DNA of 32,000 nt from Aeropyrum pernix K1. Lineage in GTDB: Archaea; Thermoproteota; Thermoprotei_A; Sulfolobales; Acidilobaceae. Below the pieces are notes generated by a model that saw only the letters and a list, made by a program, of their open reading frames with translations, was not told the origin of the DNA and searched no databases. Below are positions 16,898 to 26,096 of this stretch, piece after piece. How positions within the stretch are numbered: position 1 is the stretch's first letter; each line of letters starts with the position of its first letter. Location: contig NC_000854.2 in assembly GCF_000011125.1 (NCBI RefSeq), positions 1,230,001-1,262,000 of the forward strand, written 5' to 3'. Made by a program: the position numbers and the translations under genes.

Positions 16898-18259
16898 TTA
16901 TATCAGGGGAAGCCTATCCTTTACCCTATCCAGAAACATATCTACGAGCTCCTCGAGAGTGGGCCCCTTGACTATCTTGACCTCGAACCTAGCCTTAACA
17001 ACCGGCTTGTTAAGGTTCAGCAGCCTCTCAAGATCTATCGGGGTGCCCGAGACTATCACGTCTGCAGGGACGCTGTTAAGAGTCTCCTCGAGATCCCTGA
17101 GCTGGCTGGGCGTGTAGCCCGTGCTCGGCACTACAGGGCCCATGTGGGGGTACTCCCTGTACATCTCGGCTATAACACCCTTAGCATACGGGCGGGGGTC
17201 TACTATCTCGGCTGCAGAGTACTTCTCGGCCGCCACATACCCGGCTCCATAGGGTGCACCCCCATGTGTGACAGTGGGGGAGTCCTCCACCACCACAACC
17301 CTCTTACCGCTTATCATTTCAGGGTTATCAACCTCAACATCGCTCACAGCCTCAGATATGAGAGCCTTGGGGTTAATGCTCCTGACGTTCTCCTCAATCC
17401 TCCGGACATTCTCCTCAGGAGCCCTGTCAACCTTGTTTATTATCACCGCGTCAGCCAGCCTGACATTAACCTCTCCAGGGAAGCTCCCCACCTCCTGTCC
17501 AGGCCTCAGGGCGTCGGCTACAGTTATCATGAAGTCCGGCTTAAAGAAGGGTAGGTCGTTGTTGCCTCCATCCCACAGTATTATGTCAGATTCCTTCTCA
17601 ACCTCTCTGAGGACGGCGCCGTAGTCGACGCCCGCGTAGACGGTGAAGCCCATTTTAATATAAGCCTCGTACTCCTCCCTCTCCTCCACAGTGACACCAT
17701 ACCTATCCAGGTCCTCGAGAGACTCGAACCTCTGCACAGCTATGTCGGGGGTTATAGCGACATAAACCATGGGGTGCCTCACGGGCACTACACGATAGCC
17801 CTTCCCCCTCATTATCCTGGCTATAGCCCTGGAGACCGTGCTCTTCCCCGCCCCAGTCCTCACGGCGGTTACCGCTATAACAGGCTTCGACGTGAGGAGC
17901 ATGGTCTCCCGGGGCCCGATTATCTTGAAGCTAGCCCCTGCTGAGAGCACCCTGCTCACTATCCTCCCGACATCTTCATAGCTTAGATCGCTGTAGGCTA
18001 GGACAGCCAGATCCACCGCCTGGTCCCTTATAATTTTCTCCAGGTCCTCCTCGGGTAGGATTGGTATGCCGGAGGGGTAGAGGCTGCCTGCAAGCTCCGG
18101 AGGATAGCGCCTGCCAGCCACACCTGGTATCTGGGCGGCCGTGAAGGCGACGACCCTGTAGGATGGGTTGTCCCTGAACACCACGTTAAAGTTGTGGAAG
18201 TCCCTACCCCCCGCGCCTAGAATGAGAACTCTTTTAGGCGAGCCGGGCATTGTGAACAC
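16898..18259 (-). CDS. P-loop NTPase, COG2403-type (predicted GTPase / cyclic-2,3-DPG-synthetase-related family)
   Basis: 453 aa. Walker A motif VRTGAGKST, a Rossmann-like N-terminus RVLILGAGGRDFHNF, and NKVD. It lies 31 nt upstream of arcC on the same strand. Confidence 0.75.
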   Translation of the reverse strand: MFTMPGSPKRVLILGAGGRDFHNFNVVFRDNPSYRVVAFTAAQIPGVAGRRYPPELAGSLYPSGIPILPEEDLEKIIRDQAVDLAVLAYSDLSYEDVGRIVSRVLSAGASFKIIGPRETMLLTSKPVIAVTAVRTGAGKSTVSRAIARIMRGKGYRVVPVRHPMVYVAITPDIAVQRFESLEDLDRYGVTVEEREEYEAYIKMGFTVYAGVDYGAVLREVEKESDIILWDGGNNDLPFFKPDFMITVADALRPGQEVGSFPGEVNVRLADAVIINKVDRAPEENVRRIEENVRSINPKALISEAVSDVEVDNPEMISGKRVVVVEDSPTVTHGGAPYGAGYVAAEKYSAAEIVDPRPYAKGVIAEMYREYPHMGPVVPSTGYTPSQLRDLEETLNSVPADVIVSGTPIDLERLLNLNKPVVKARFEVKIVKGPTLEELVDMFLDRVKDRLPLI

Positions 18260-18412
18260 CAGCCAGGATTTTGATACAACGGTATCCAGGCTCTTATACT
18301 ATAGATACATTTGTAACCCAAGCAGTTATACTTACGTGGGATCGCGTGTCTCGCGGTGGCAGTAGGGCCTAAGCAATTTAAGAACCCGCCTTTAACCCGA
18401 ATCCCAGATTAG

Positions 18413-20533
18413 GTGTCGAGCTTGAGCACTGCTCTGAGGGGGCTTCTCGGCCAGCTGTATCAACGTATAGCAGAGCTTATGCCCTTCACGGCCTCCATTA
18501 TCATAGGCGTCCTAGGCGGCATAGGGCTGCTGGTCAGAGTCGCCCCGTCGCTTGAAGTTGTGACGAGCCCGGGGACGGGTGACGGGTGGAGGTTTGTAGC
18601 CGCTGCACGGGGCCTAGGGGAGTTCAGCAATACCGCTCTCCCAATGCTGGCGTCCATGCTGGAGACCGCCGTTGATACAAGGCTACTCGCCTCTCTGCTA
18701 CCCCCCCTCGTCTGGTTAGCCGGCGTTATACCAGTGGCCTACGTGGGTTACGTGGCCGCTGGTAGGAGTCCTGTTGGGGCCGTCCTAGCCTCGATACTAT
18801 ACACCCTATCCCCCACGATCTACGCTGTCACCGTCGCAGGCAGGCTTTACGACGGAACCCTCGCTATGCTCGGTCTCGCTCTAGCCTTCACCGCCATCGC
18901 GCTAGCCGTACAAGGTAGAGCCACGGCCGCGGGTCTCGCCGCACTCGCCGCCGGTCTTATATGGCCTGCTAACGGTTACTCGGCAGCCACGGCCGCGGCA
19001 CTGCTCATGGCGACCGCCGCCGCCAGGGATGTAAGGATCCTCCGAGGAGTAGCGGCCGCGGCGGGAGGCATCCTGCTGGGCGGTCTCCTCGCCGGCAGCC
19101 TCTGGGAGTACGGGCTAACTTTTGATGTAACCATGCTGCTCCTGGCAGCCCTAGTAGCCGTTGCAGCAGCCATGGGCCTGGCCAGGCCGCCCCTCGGCTT
19201 CTGGGCTTCCACAGCAGCCGTTACACTATCCATATTCGCCCTGCTCGCCGGAGTCGCCGATGCGCCTCCAGAGGTTGAGGCTTCCCTCAACCTAGCTCCG
19301 CCGACGGCGGACACTATACTGAATGCAGCTGCGGGCCCGGCAAGACTTGAGAGTCTCCTCAGGGAGTCTGCCCTCTGGGCCACCCTAGCTGCTGCAGGCC
19401 TCTTATACGCAGCCTACAGATTCTACTCTTCAGCCTCCCTAGGGAGCGAGGAGCTGCTGGCGGCGTCCCTTCTGGCTGCACTGGCGGCAGCAGCCATCTA
19501 CTCACTCTTCAACGGCGAAATGGCCCCCCAGGTGCTGGTCGCCCTAGCACCCCTCTCCGCCTACGCAGTAAACGGTCTAAAACGCCTGGGCCTTACTGGC
19601 GAGGATGAAATGGGCAGGGTAATCATAATCTCACTCGCCATAGCGCTCATACTCTCCACAGCCTACCTCGGCCAGAGCATCTACGCGGCCTTCCAGGGCT
19701 ACGAGCCCACGTCACTCAGTATAGCGCCCAACACCGCCAGCCCGTGGCCCGCCGTCATAGAGTACCTCAACAGCACTGACGGCGCAACGGTGATAGCCAA
19801 CCCTGTCTACAAGCCCCTCATAGAGTCGATGGCTGGCGTGCGATTCGTCAACGACGAGTTCGACGTTGCACGTGTGCTGGCTGGAACAGAAGGCGGGGCA
19901 AACTATGTTTTGAGGGACGTCCTGTCCTTGAAGCCTGGTGACGCCTATGTCGTAGTCTTCGAGGGGTTCCTGGGTATCTACGACGTAAACAACGGTCTTC
20001 TAGCCTTGTACCCAAGGCCTGTGGCCCAGTCCTTCCAGGAGGCAGGCATATTCTTCATAGTAAACGGCGTCTACGATTTGAACAGCCTCTTCAACCTACT
20101 AAAGGCTGGCGAGATGGTCGACGAGAGTGTGGACTCGCCCTTCCAGACTCCATGGGCGTCTAGGATAGTATCACCGGGGCTGAGGGTGGAGATGTTCCCA
20201 GGCCTGACAGGCGAGCCCGCGGAGAATGTTGAAAGGGTGCAGAAGACCCTTCTAGTCAAGCTGCTGGCCGACGCCGTCTACAGTCTAGGAGGGGAGGAAA
20301 CCGTGTTCGGCGACGGCTGCGGATTCATCGCAGGCACCCCCTCGCCTCTACTGGCAGTGTTCACCCCAACGCCAACCGGTGGAGGCCAGCTCCAGCCGGT
20401 ATTCACAGCGGAAAGGCCATACTCCTTCACCCCCCTCGTCATCTCCATGGTGTGCCCCCAGATACTCTCCGAGACTGCCGAGAGGATCGAGTTCTACGCC
20501 GAAATAGCTGCCGTCTACGTGTGGACGGGGTAG
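18413..20533 (+). CDS. large polytopic membrane protein with C-terminal soluble domain
   Basis: 706 aa. The first ~430 aa are Ala/Leu-rich with many predicted TM helices, followed by a ~270-aa non-hydrophobic domain. GTG start, with TTTAAG about 35 nt upstream. The family is not recognisable by eye. Confidence 0.7.
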   Translation: MSSLSTALRGLLGQLYQRIAELMPFTASIIIGVLGGIGLLVRVAPSLEVVTSPGTGDGWRFVAAARGLGEFSNTALPMLASMLETAVDTRLLASLLPPLVWLAGVIPVAYVGYVAAGRSPVGAVLASILYTLSPTIYAVTVAGRLYDGTLAMLGLALAFTAIALAVQGRATAAGLAALAAGLIWPANGYSAATAAALLMATAAARDVRILRGVAAAAGGILLGGLLAGSLWEYGLTFDVTMLLLAALVAVAAAMGLARPPLGFWASTAAVTLSIFALLAGVADAPPEVEASLNLAPPTADTILNAAAGPARLESLLRESALWATLAAAGLLYAAYRFYSSASLGSEELLAASLLAALAAAAIYSLFNGEMAPQVLVALAPLSAYAVNGLKRLGLTGEDEMGRVIIISLAIALILSTAYLGQSIYAAFQGYEPTSLSIAPNTASPWPAVIEYLNSTDGATVIANPVYKPLIESMAGVRFVNDEFDVARVLAGTEGGANYVLRDVLSLKPGDAYVVVFEGFLGIYDVNNGLLALYPRPVAQSFQEAGIFFIVNGVYDLNSLFNLLKAGEMVDESVDSPFQTPWASRIVSPGLRVEMFPGLTGEPAENVERVQKTLLVKLLADAVYSLGGEETVFGDGCGFIAGTPSPLLAVFTPTPTGGGQLQPVFTAERPYSFTPLVISMVCPQILSETAERIEFYAEIAAVYVWTG

Positions 20534-20538
20534 GAGCG

Positions 20539-20552
20539 GGAAGGCCGGTGGA
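20539..20552 (+). repeat. 14-bp direct repeat copy 1 (GGAAGGCCGGTGGA)
   Basis: Exact 14-mer repeated at 20640-20653, 101 bp downstream. This copy lies just after the stop of the membrane-protein gene. Confidence 0.7.
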
Positions 20553-20611
20553 GAGGTATTACACGTTTTAACCTCGGCACCACAAACACCACCCCCGGGG
20601 CTACTACCGCC

Positions 20612-21112
20612 TTGCCGTTCTGGCTCGGAAGGAGGCGCAGGAAGGCCGGTGGAAGGAGAGAGATAGTGGAGGCTCTAGCCACCGTTAGACAGGCCAGGTT
20701 CAAGCTGAAAGTCTACAAGAGCAGGCTCCACATGCTCGAGAGTGAAGACGCGGAGAGGCTAGCCTCCAGGCTGGAGTATATCGACTACATTCTGGAAGCT
20801 GTAGGGTTGAGGCTGGAGACTATACTAGCCCTACAACCCTCTATAGAGGCTGTCGAGGACCTTATGAAACTCCCCTACGAGCTAGTGAAACAGGCAGCAA
20901 AGCAGGCACAAGACCTCCCCCCCGACATCACGTCCCTCCTAACAGCATTAGAGCAGAGCCTAGCCAGTGCCATCCCCGAAGACACCCTCATAGAGCTGGG
21001 CCCAGGCCCCGAGACCCTCTCACCCCAGGCTAGAGACATCTTGAGAGAAGCTGAGAAGCGCGCTGGCGAGGCCGCCTCCAAGAGGGTGAGAGAGCAACAG
21101 GGTATGCAGTGA
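20612..21112 (+). CDS. hypothetical helical protein, possibly ESCRT-III/Snf7-like (CdvB paralog?)
   Basis: 166 aa with a TTG start. Basic N-terminus (GRRRRKAGGRRE), long amphipathic helices (LEAVGLRLETILALQ...), and an acidic/helical C-terminus (SPQARDILREAEKRAGE). The ESCRT-III assignment rests only on pattern resemblance. Confidence 0.5.
   Translation: MPFWLGRRRRKAGGRREIVEALATVRQARFKLKVYKSRLHMLESEDAERLASRLEYIDYILEAVGLRLETILALQPSIEAVEDLMKLPYELVKQAAKQAQDLPPDITSLLTALEQSLASAIPEDTLIELGPGPETLSPQARDILREAEKRAGEAASKRVREQQGMQ
20640..20653 (+). repeat. 14-bp direct repeat copy 2 (GGAAGGCCGGTGGA)
   Basis: Exact copy of 20539-20552. It lies inside the first 14 codons of the 20612 ORF. Confidence 0.7.
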
Positions 21113-21300
21113 AATGGCGTCGGACTGTGGTCCACCGTTCACAAGCCCCCCCGCCAGGGAGGCCTCCCCCTGGCTAGGAATCCTCATCCACCCTCTAGAG
21201 TCTAGTAGGGGCGAAGGCTATAGAGCTACACCCGCAGGGGTCGTCCTCCGGTGTCCGGATAAGGGTTTTAATTCCTCATAGGTAGACCCACCTCTCTCGG

Positions 21301-22692
21301 GTGTACAGAGTGGCAGGATGGAGTATACTCGAGCTTCTCAGGAGCAATCCTGAGGCGCTTAAAGAGCACGTTCGCAAGAGGCTCATGGACCCGGCAATTG
21401 TTGATAGGGCCTATAGGCTAGACGTGGAGTGGAGAAGGCTACTCACGATGGTTAACGAGGTTAGGAGGAGGCACAACGAGATAACGAGGATGATAGCGAA
21501 GGCGGGCAGTAGAGAGGAGAGGGAGAGGCTGATAGCTGAGGCTAAGCGCCTGTTGAGGGAGCGGGAGGATCTAGAGGAGAAGCTTAAAAAGGTGGAGAGG
21601 GAGCGGGAGGAGGCCCTGCTAGGCCTCCCCAACATAGTGGCGCCGGACGTGCCAGTGGGCGACGAGAGCGCCACTCGGCCCATAGAGTTCTGGGGCAAAC
21701 CCAAGGTGTGGAAAGGACATGTCGATGCCTTCAGGGAGCAGACCGAGGCTTACGGGTTTAAGGTTGACCACGAGGTTATAGAGTGGAGGCCCAGGGGGCA
21801 TGCGGACATGATGGAGGAGGTGCTGAAGCTCGGTGACACCCTGAGGGCTGCACGTGTCGCTGGCTCCAGGTTCTACTACCTCTTCGAGGACCTCGTGTTC
21901 CTCGATCTGGCGCTCCTCATGTACGCCATAGACTTTATGACCAGCAAGGGCTACGTACTAGTCCTCCCCCCCTACATGCTCAGGTACAACGTTATGAGCA
22001 GGGTTATAGACCTGGAGACTTTCAAGGACGCGATATACGAGATTGCGGGTGAGGACCTCTACCTTATAGCCACTGCCGAGCACCCGCTGGCCGCCCTCTA
22101 CTACAACTCTGAGATTTACGATGAGGACCTCCCCCTCAAGCTGGTCGGCGTGAGCCCCTGCTTCAGGAAGGAGGCAGGAGCTGGTAATAGGGATCTGAAG
22201 GGCATATTCAGGGTACACCAGTTCCATAAGGTGGAGCAGTTCGTCTACAGCCTACCTGAGGAGAGCAGCAAGCTGCATGAAGAGTTGATAAGCAATGCCA
22301 AGGAGATCTTCAAGGGGCTTGAGATACCTTTCAGAGTCGTCAACATAGCCTCGGGGGACCTGGGGGCCTGCGCCGTCAAGAAGTACGACCTCGAGGCGTG
22401 GATGCCTGCCCAGGGCAAGTACAGGGAGATGGTTAGCGCAAGCAACTGCACCGACTGGCAGGCCTACAGGCTTGGTATAAGGCTTGTAAGGAGGAAGGGC
22501 ATGGAGAGGGGGTACGTTCACACCCTCAACGCGACAGCGGTGGCGAGCACCCGCACCATAACAGCCATACTGGAGAACTTCCAGGATGAGGAGGGGGTTG
22601 TGGCTATACCCAGGGCTCTAAGGCGCTATCTAGAGGTTTTCAAGAGGGCCCCTACAGACGCCATACACCCTAGGAGAAGGCCGCCCGCCTAG
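21301..22692 (+). CDS. serS: seryl-tRNA synthetase
   Basis: 463 aa. N-terminal coiled-coil arm plus a class II core ([33 protein letters not shown]). GTG 21301 or GTG 21310. Confidence 0.92.
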
Positions 22693-23012
22693 TCCAGGCC
22701 CAGCAGCCTCCTGATAAACCTTGCCAGGCTTAGGCCCTCCTCGCTCCCCGTCATCCTACCGTATGCTATCATCTGCAGCTCCGCCTCAGACATGGATGCA
22801 TACTTGACGGCCGCCTTCTCTAGGTCCTCCAGCTCCTCCCTGGTGGCATAGTCTATAGGCATCCCCCGCCTCCCCGCGGACTCCCACGCTTCAAACAGCC
22901 TCTCAAGTATGGCCGAAACCTTGGGGTCGCCGTAGAAGGCGGCTTTAAGCCAGGTGTTCTCACTGTCGTCTATAAGCCTGAGTATACGCTCCTTAGCATC
23001 ACTACCCGACAT
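22689..23012 (-). CDS. hypothetical protein
   Basis: The ORF is open to 23108, but that overlaps the upstream DUF59 gene. ATG 23012 ([11 protein letters not shown]...) gives 107 aa. Its stop overlaps the serS stop on CTAG. Confidence 0.5.
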   Translation of the reverse strand: MSGSDAKERILRLIDDSENTWLKAAFYGDPKVSAILERLFEAWESAGRRGMPIDYATREELEDLEKAAVKYASMSEAELQMIAYGRMTGSEEGLSLARFIRRLLGLD

Positions 23013-23049
23013 CACGCCGCCCCGGTATATAAGTGTTGCCGGCGCCCGT

Positions 23050-23487
23050 TTAACCTCCATACTGCTGCTGGGCGGCCCTCTTCCACTGCTCCACCACGTC
23101 GTAGCCATATATGGTCTTCAGGAGCTCCCTGCCCTCCGGCGTGACCCTCTCCGGCGTCCAGGGCGGGTCGAACACAACCTCGACCTCCACGTCCTCAGCC
23201 TCGGGGACCGCCTCTCTTATAGCGTCTTCCACATACGCTGGCAGGGCCACGCTAACGGGGCATCCTATAGCTGTGAGGCTCATCTTCACCTTAATCCTCG
23301 GCTTCTCCCTGGGCCCCTCAACCCTCACCTCATATATGAGCCCCAGGTCGTAAACGTTGACAGGTATCTCGGGGTCGTAGACCTCCTTGAGAGCCTCAAC
23401 TATCCTGTCCAGCAGCTCCTTGGGACCCTCGAGAACAATCTTAGCGCCACCCTCCTCCTCGGACAACATAGGCACCCATTTTAACAA
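23050..23487 (-). CDS. DUF59/MIP18-family Fe-S cluster assembly protein (SufT/PaaD-like)
   Basis: 145 aa. ALKEVYDPEIPVNVYDLGLIYEV...MSLTAIGCPV is the hallmark of the family. Alternative ATG at 23469. Confidence 0.8.
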   Translation of the reverse strand: MLKWVPMLSEEEGGAKIVLEGPKELLDRIVEALKEVYDPEIPVNVYDLGLIYEVRVEGPREKPRIKVKMSLTAIGCPVSVALPAYVEDAIREAVPEAEDVEVEVVFDPPWTPERVTPEGRELLKTIYGYDVVEQWKRAAQQQYGG

Positions 23488-23504
23488 CTGTTAAAACCCG
23501 GGGG

Positions 23505-23723
23505 TTATCCCCTTTTCCCTCCCCGAACAGCCCTCCTAAACCTAGCCACCACCACCGCAAGGCTCAGGAAAGGCGCCAGCGCTATGACTACGAGCCCGAC
23601 CACCATGAGCGGCAGCGACCCCCTCGAGTCGGCGACAAGGACTATAGCAAGGCCAGCCACCACTATAGCCGCAGTTAGGAGCAGCTTCTCAGCAACTATC
23701 CTCCTCGGAGATACTGCCGCCAA
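23505..23723 (-). CDS. small two-TM membrane protein
   Basis: 72-aa ORF with a TTG start, two hydrophobic helices and a basic C-terminus. It overlaps the upstream gene by 35 nt and is co-oriented with both neighbours. Confidence 0.4.
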   Translation of the reverse strand: MAAVSPRRIVAEKLLLTAAIVVAGLAIVLVADSRGSLPLMVVGLVVIALAPFLSLAVVVARFRRAVRGGKRG

Positions 23724-24495
23724 GCTCCTCGACCCCCCTCCTAACTTTCTCCAGAGCCTTCAAAGCCTCTGCCCTAGCCTCTTCCAGCGTCGAGGCCCTA
23801 GCAAGCACCCTAACCCTCACTAGAGGCTTCCCGATCTCAGACCCCTGGGGGTGGCTCTTCACATACACCCTCGGCGACACCCTAGACGCCTCCTTAATAT
23901 AGGGGGCCAGGGACGACTCGGGAACCCCCACTACCGCTATGCCACACTCGACCACAGCCCCCGGGGGAGCTATCTCCTCGAGCAGCGGTCTGAGAGCCTT
24001 CTCGAACATCGCCTCCATCTCACTGGGCACCCCAGGGAGAGAGGCCACCAAGGAGCCCCGAGCCTCAACCACAGCGCCTGGTGCAGCACCCACAGGGTTC
24101 TCCAAGGGTTCAGCACCATCGGGCAGCATGGCCATCTTAACTCTATCCTCCGTAAGTCCCAGCCCCCTCTTGGAGTAGAATCTCCGCACCATCTCCAGAG
24201 CCCCGGGGTGGAGCTTGAGACCCCTGCCCAGAGCCATCGCCACACCCTGGAGTGTGACGTCGTCGTACGTCGGCCCTAGCCCCCCAGTGGTTATAACAAC
24301 CCTAGCCCTGCCCAGGGCGCGGCCCACCTCCTCCGCTATATCCTCCACCCTATCAGGCACAGTAACCACCCTCTCCACCTCGAACCCCAGTAGCGTTAGC
24401 CTGCTGCCCAGCCAGGCAGCGTTCGTATTTATAGTCCTCCCTATGAGCAGCTCGTTCCCCACCGAGATTATCCAGGCCCTAGGATGCTCCTCCAA
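23689..24495 (-). CDS. CinA-like / MoCF-biosynthesis (MoaB-MogA fold) domain protein
   Basis: 268 aa. IISVGNELLIGRTINTNAAWL...ITTGGLGPTYDD is the CinA N-domain pattern. TTG start. Confidence 0.8.
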   Translation of the reverse strand: MEEHPRAWIISVGNELLIGRTINTNAAWLGSRLTLLGFEVERVVTVPDRVEDIAEEVGRALGRARVVITTGGLGPTYDDVTLQGVAMALGRGLKLHPGALEMVRRFYSKRGLGLTEDRVKMAMLPDGAEPLENPVGAAPGAVVEARGSLVASLPGVPSEMEAMFEKALRPLLEEIAPPGAVVECGIAVVGVPESSLAPYIKEASRVSPRVYVKSHPQGSEIGKPLVRVRVLARASTLEEARAEALKALEKVRRGVEELGGSISEEDSC

Positions 24496-24518
24496 CCCCA
24501 GGCACCACCCAACACTAC

Positions 24519-24529
24519 TGTTTAAACAT
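24519..24529 (-). promoter_or_regulatory. TATA box for the CinA-like gene
   Basis: The minus strand reads ATGTTTAAACA, centred about 29 nt upstream of TTG 24495. Confidence 0.35.
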
Positions 24530-24706
24530 CTCCTCTACAAACTCTCAATAGCGTTATGGAGAGATAGCTGGGGGAGCGATAGAGCTATACACTCCCAGGG
24601 AGCCCTGGCCAGGGCTTCAAGCTATAGAGGCTCCACATAGGGTTATAGATGCGGTGCCTCGGAAGCGTTTAGGTGGCTTCTAGCAGCCTAGGGGCTGGGG
24701 GTGGAT

Positions 24707-24718
24707 GCTGTATACAGC
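24707..24718 (+). promoter_or_regulatory. palindromic TATA-like element GCTGTATACAGC upstream of the GNAT gene
   Basis: Perfect 12-bp palindrome centred 26-27 nt upstream of GTG 24739 / ATG 24742, which is leaderless spacing. Confidence 0.35.
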
Positions 24719-24738
24719 CGCTGAGGCGTTGGTGATAC

Positions 24739-25326
24739 GTGATGGCTGATGTTGAGGTGGTCGAGGATCCTGGCCAAGCCGCCGATATAGTGTCGAGGGT
24801 TATGGGCAGGTATCACGGGTACTATGCAAGGGCCGCTGTTGAGAGGCTCAAAGGGTCGGTGGGGCTTGTTGCAAGGCTCGCAGGCGAGGAGGCAGGGGCT
24901 ATTATCTGCTACAGAGCCGGCTCCAGGGTAGAGCTGGGTGTTATATACTATGTGGTAGTGCTGCCTAGGGCTAGAGGAAGGGGTCTGGGAAAGATGCTCG
25001 TATCCTCCTGCGAGGAGAGGCTCGGCGCCCTCCACTTCTACGTAGCCACCATAGAGCTGCGCAACACGGCGAGCGCCAGGATGTTCCAGAGCCTAGGCTA
25101 CAGGGTTATGGCTGACTACGAGCTGGCGGAGATCGTGGGGTGGGAGGCCGTGGCCGCGGTGCACCACGCCACATGCAGCTACGAGGAGGACCTCATAGCG
25201 ATTAAGGAGGGTAGGGAGGGGGTCGGCCTGGAGATCCTGTCAGAGGCTGAACCCGACGACTACAGGGACGTCTGGTGGGAGATATGCTATAAGCCCTGGA
25301 TGGAGAGGAAATACAGGCTAGCCTAG
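24739..25326 (+). CDS. GNAT family N-acetyltransferase
   Basis: 195 aa. VVVLPRARGRGLGKMLV is the acetyl-CoA binding motif (R/Q-x-x-G-x-G/A). Confidence 0.75.
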   Translation: MMADVEVVEDPGQAADIVSRVMGRYHGYYARAAVERLKGSVGLVARLAGEEAGAIICYRAGSRVELGVIYYVVVLPRARGRGLGKMLVSSCEERLGALHFYVATIELRNTASARMFQSLGYRVMADYELAEIVGWEAVAAVHHATCSYEEDLIAIKEGREGVGLEILSEAEPDDYRDVWWEICYKPWMERKYRLA

Positions 25327-25427
25327 CCCTATCTTCCTGCCCCTCCCCTCCGGGTGCTGAGGTTTTGCCTGCTATAACTCCCGGCTGCTATATATGCCAT
25401 TGGAGTCCCACGGGGGTCTAGAGAGGG

Positions 25428-25667
25428 ATGAGCGAGAGGATAGTGTATCCCCGCATATACGTTCTCAGGAGGAGGCCTAGAAGCGGGTGCGAGCACTTCG
25501 AGGTCAGGGAGCGTGAGGGGGAGTACATAGCGTTCTGCAGGGTCCTGGGCAGGCCCCTGCCATCGGTGTCTGTTGAGAAGTGTGAGAAGCACTGGGAGGA
25601 CTGTCCCTTCAGGAGGATGGCAGCTAAGATGGAGGGTAGGGACGACTGGGGACAGGGGAGCTTATGA
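25428..25667 (+). CDS. small 4-Cys protein (paralog of 14724-15053)
   Basis: 79 aa. Cysteine pattern C-x15-C-x14-KC-x6-CPF. TATA-like GCTATATATG lies about 33 nt upstream of the ATG. Confidence 0.5.
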   Translation: MSERIVYPRIYVLRRRPRSGCEHFEVREREGEYIAFCRVLGRPLPSVSVEKCEKHWEDCPFRRMAAKMEGRDDWGQGSL

Positions 25668-26066
25668 CCTGAACCTCCTTATACTGACCCCCAGCTCCCT
25701 AGCCTTCTCAAGGACCTCCGACGTCAGCTTAGGTCCGGAGCCGTAGAGCACGAGCACCGGCTTGGAGCCGCCTGAAGCCGAGGCCAGCTCCTCAACAACG
25801 GATACAGGCACCCTACCGCTCTTCATGTACACCCTGACGACCAGGCTCTCACCCCGGCGCCAGGCCTTGAAGTTTGCTGTAGCCTCTGGACTGCCGTCCA
25901 CCACCTCCACCTCATACCCCGCCATCCTATAGCCTGCAGCCACTTTACCTACTACACCATACCTTGCCGCCAGCTTCTTAGCCTCGAACGCCTCCCTAGC
26001 TGTAGCCAAGCCTTTCACCCCCTGAGGGTTATCGGCGTTGCGGGGTAAATAGTGTTTGTAGAGCAC
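25662..26066 (-). CDS. hypothetical protein with restriction-endonuclease-like (Mrr-cat-like) core
   Basis: The ORF is open to ATG 26144, but that would overlap the nadM 5' end on the opposite strand. GTG 26066 avoids this. The core reads GYEVEVVDGS...LVVRVYMKSG...KPVLVLYGSGPKLTSEV...GVSI, a PD-(D/E)xK-like layout. Confidence 0.5.
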   Translation of the reverse strand: MLYKHYLPRNADNPQGVKGLATAREAFEAKKLAARYGVVGKVAAGYRMAGYEVEVVDGSPEATANFKAWRRGESLVVRVYMKSGRVPVSVVEELASASGGSKPVLVLYGSGPKLTSEVLEKARELGVSIRRFRS

Positions 26067-26096
26067 CAGGCCTCTGGGCGTTGGAGGGTGGGGCGG

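Noticed and set aside
16703-17554. 283-aa ORF on the plus strand
   Set aside because: It lies entirely antisense to the carbamate kinase and P-loop NTPase genes, which have clear family motifs. It shows no motif of its own.
18413-20533. Large membrane protein as AglB/STT3 oligosaccharyltransferase
   Set aside because: The only WWDYG-like string (LWEYG) lies about 225 aa in, within the TM region, not at the start of the C-terminal domain. No DxD/DK motifs were recognised. The call is left generic.
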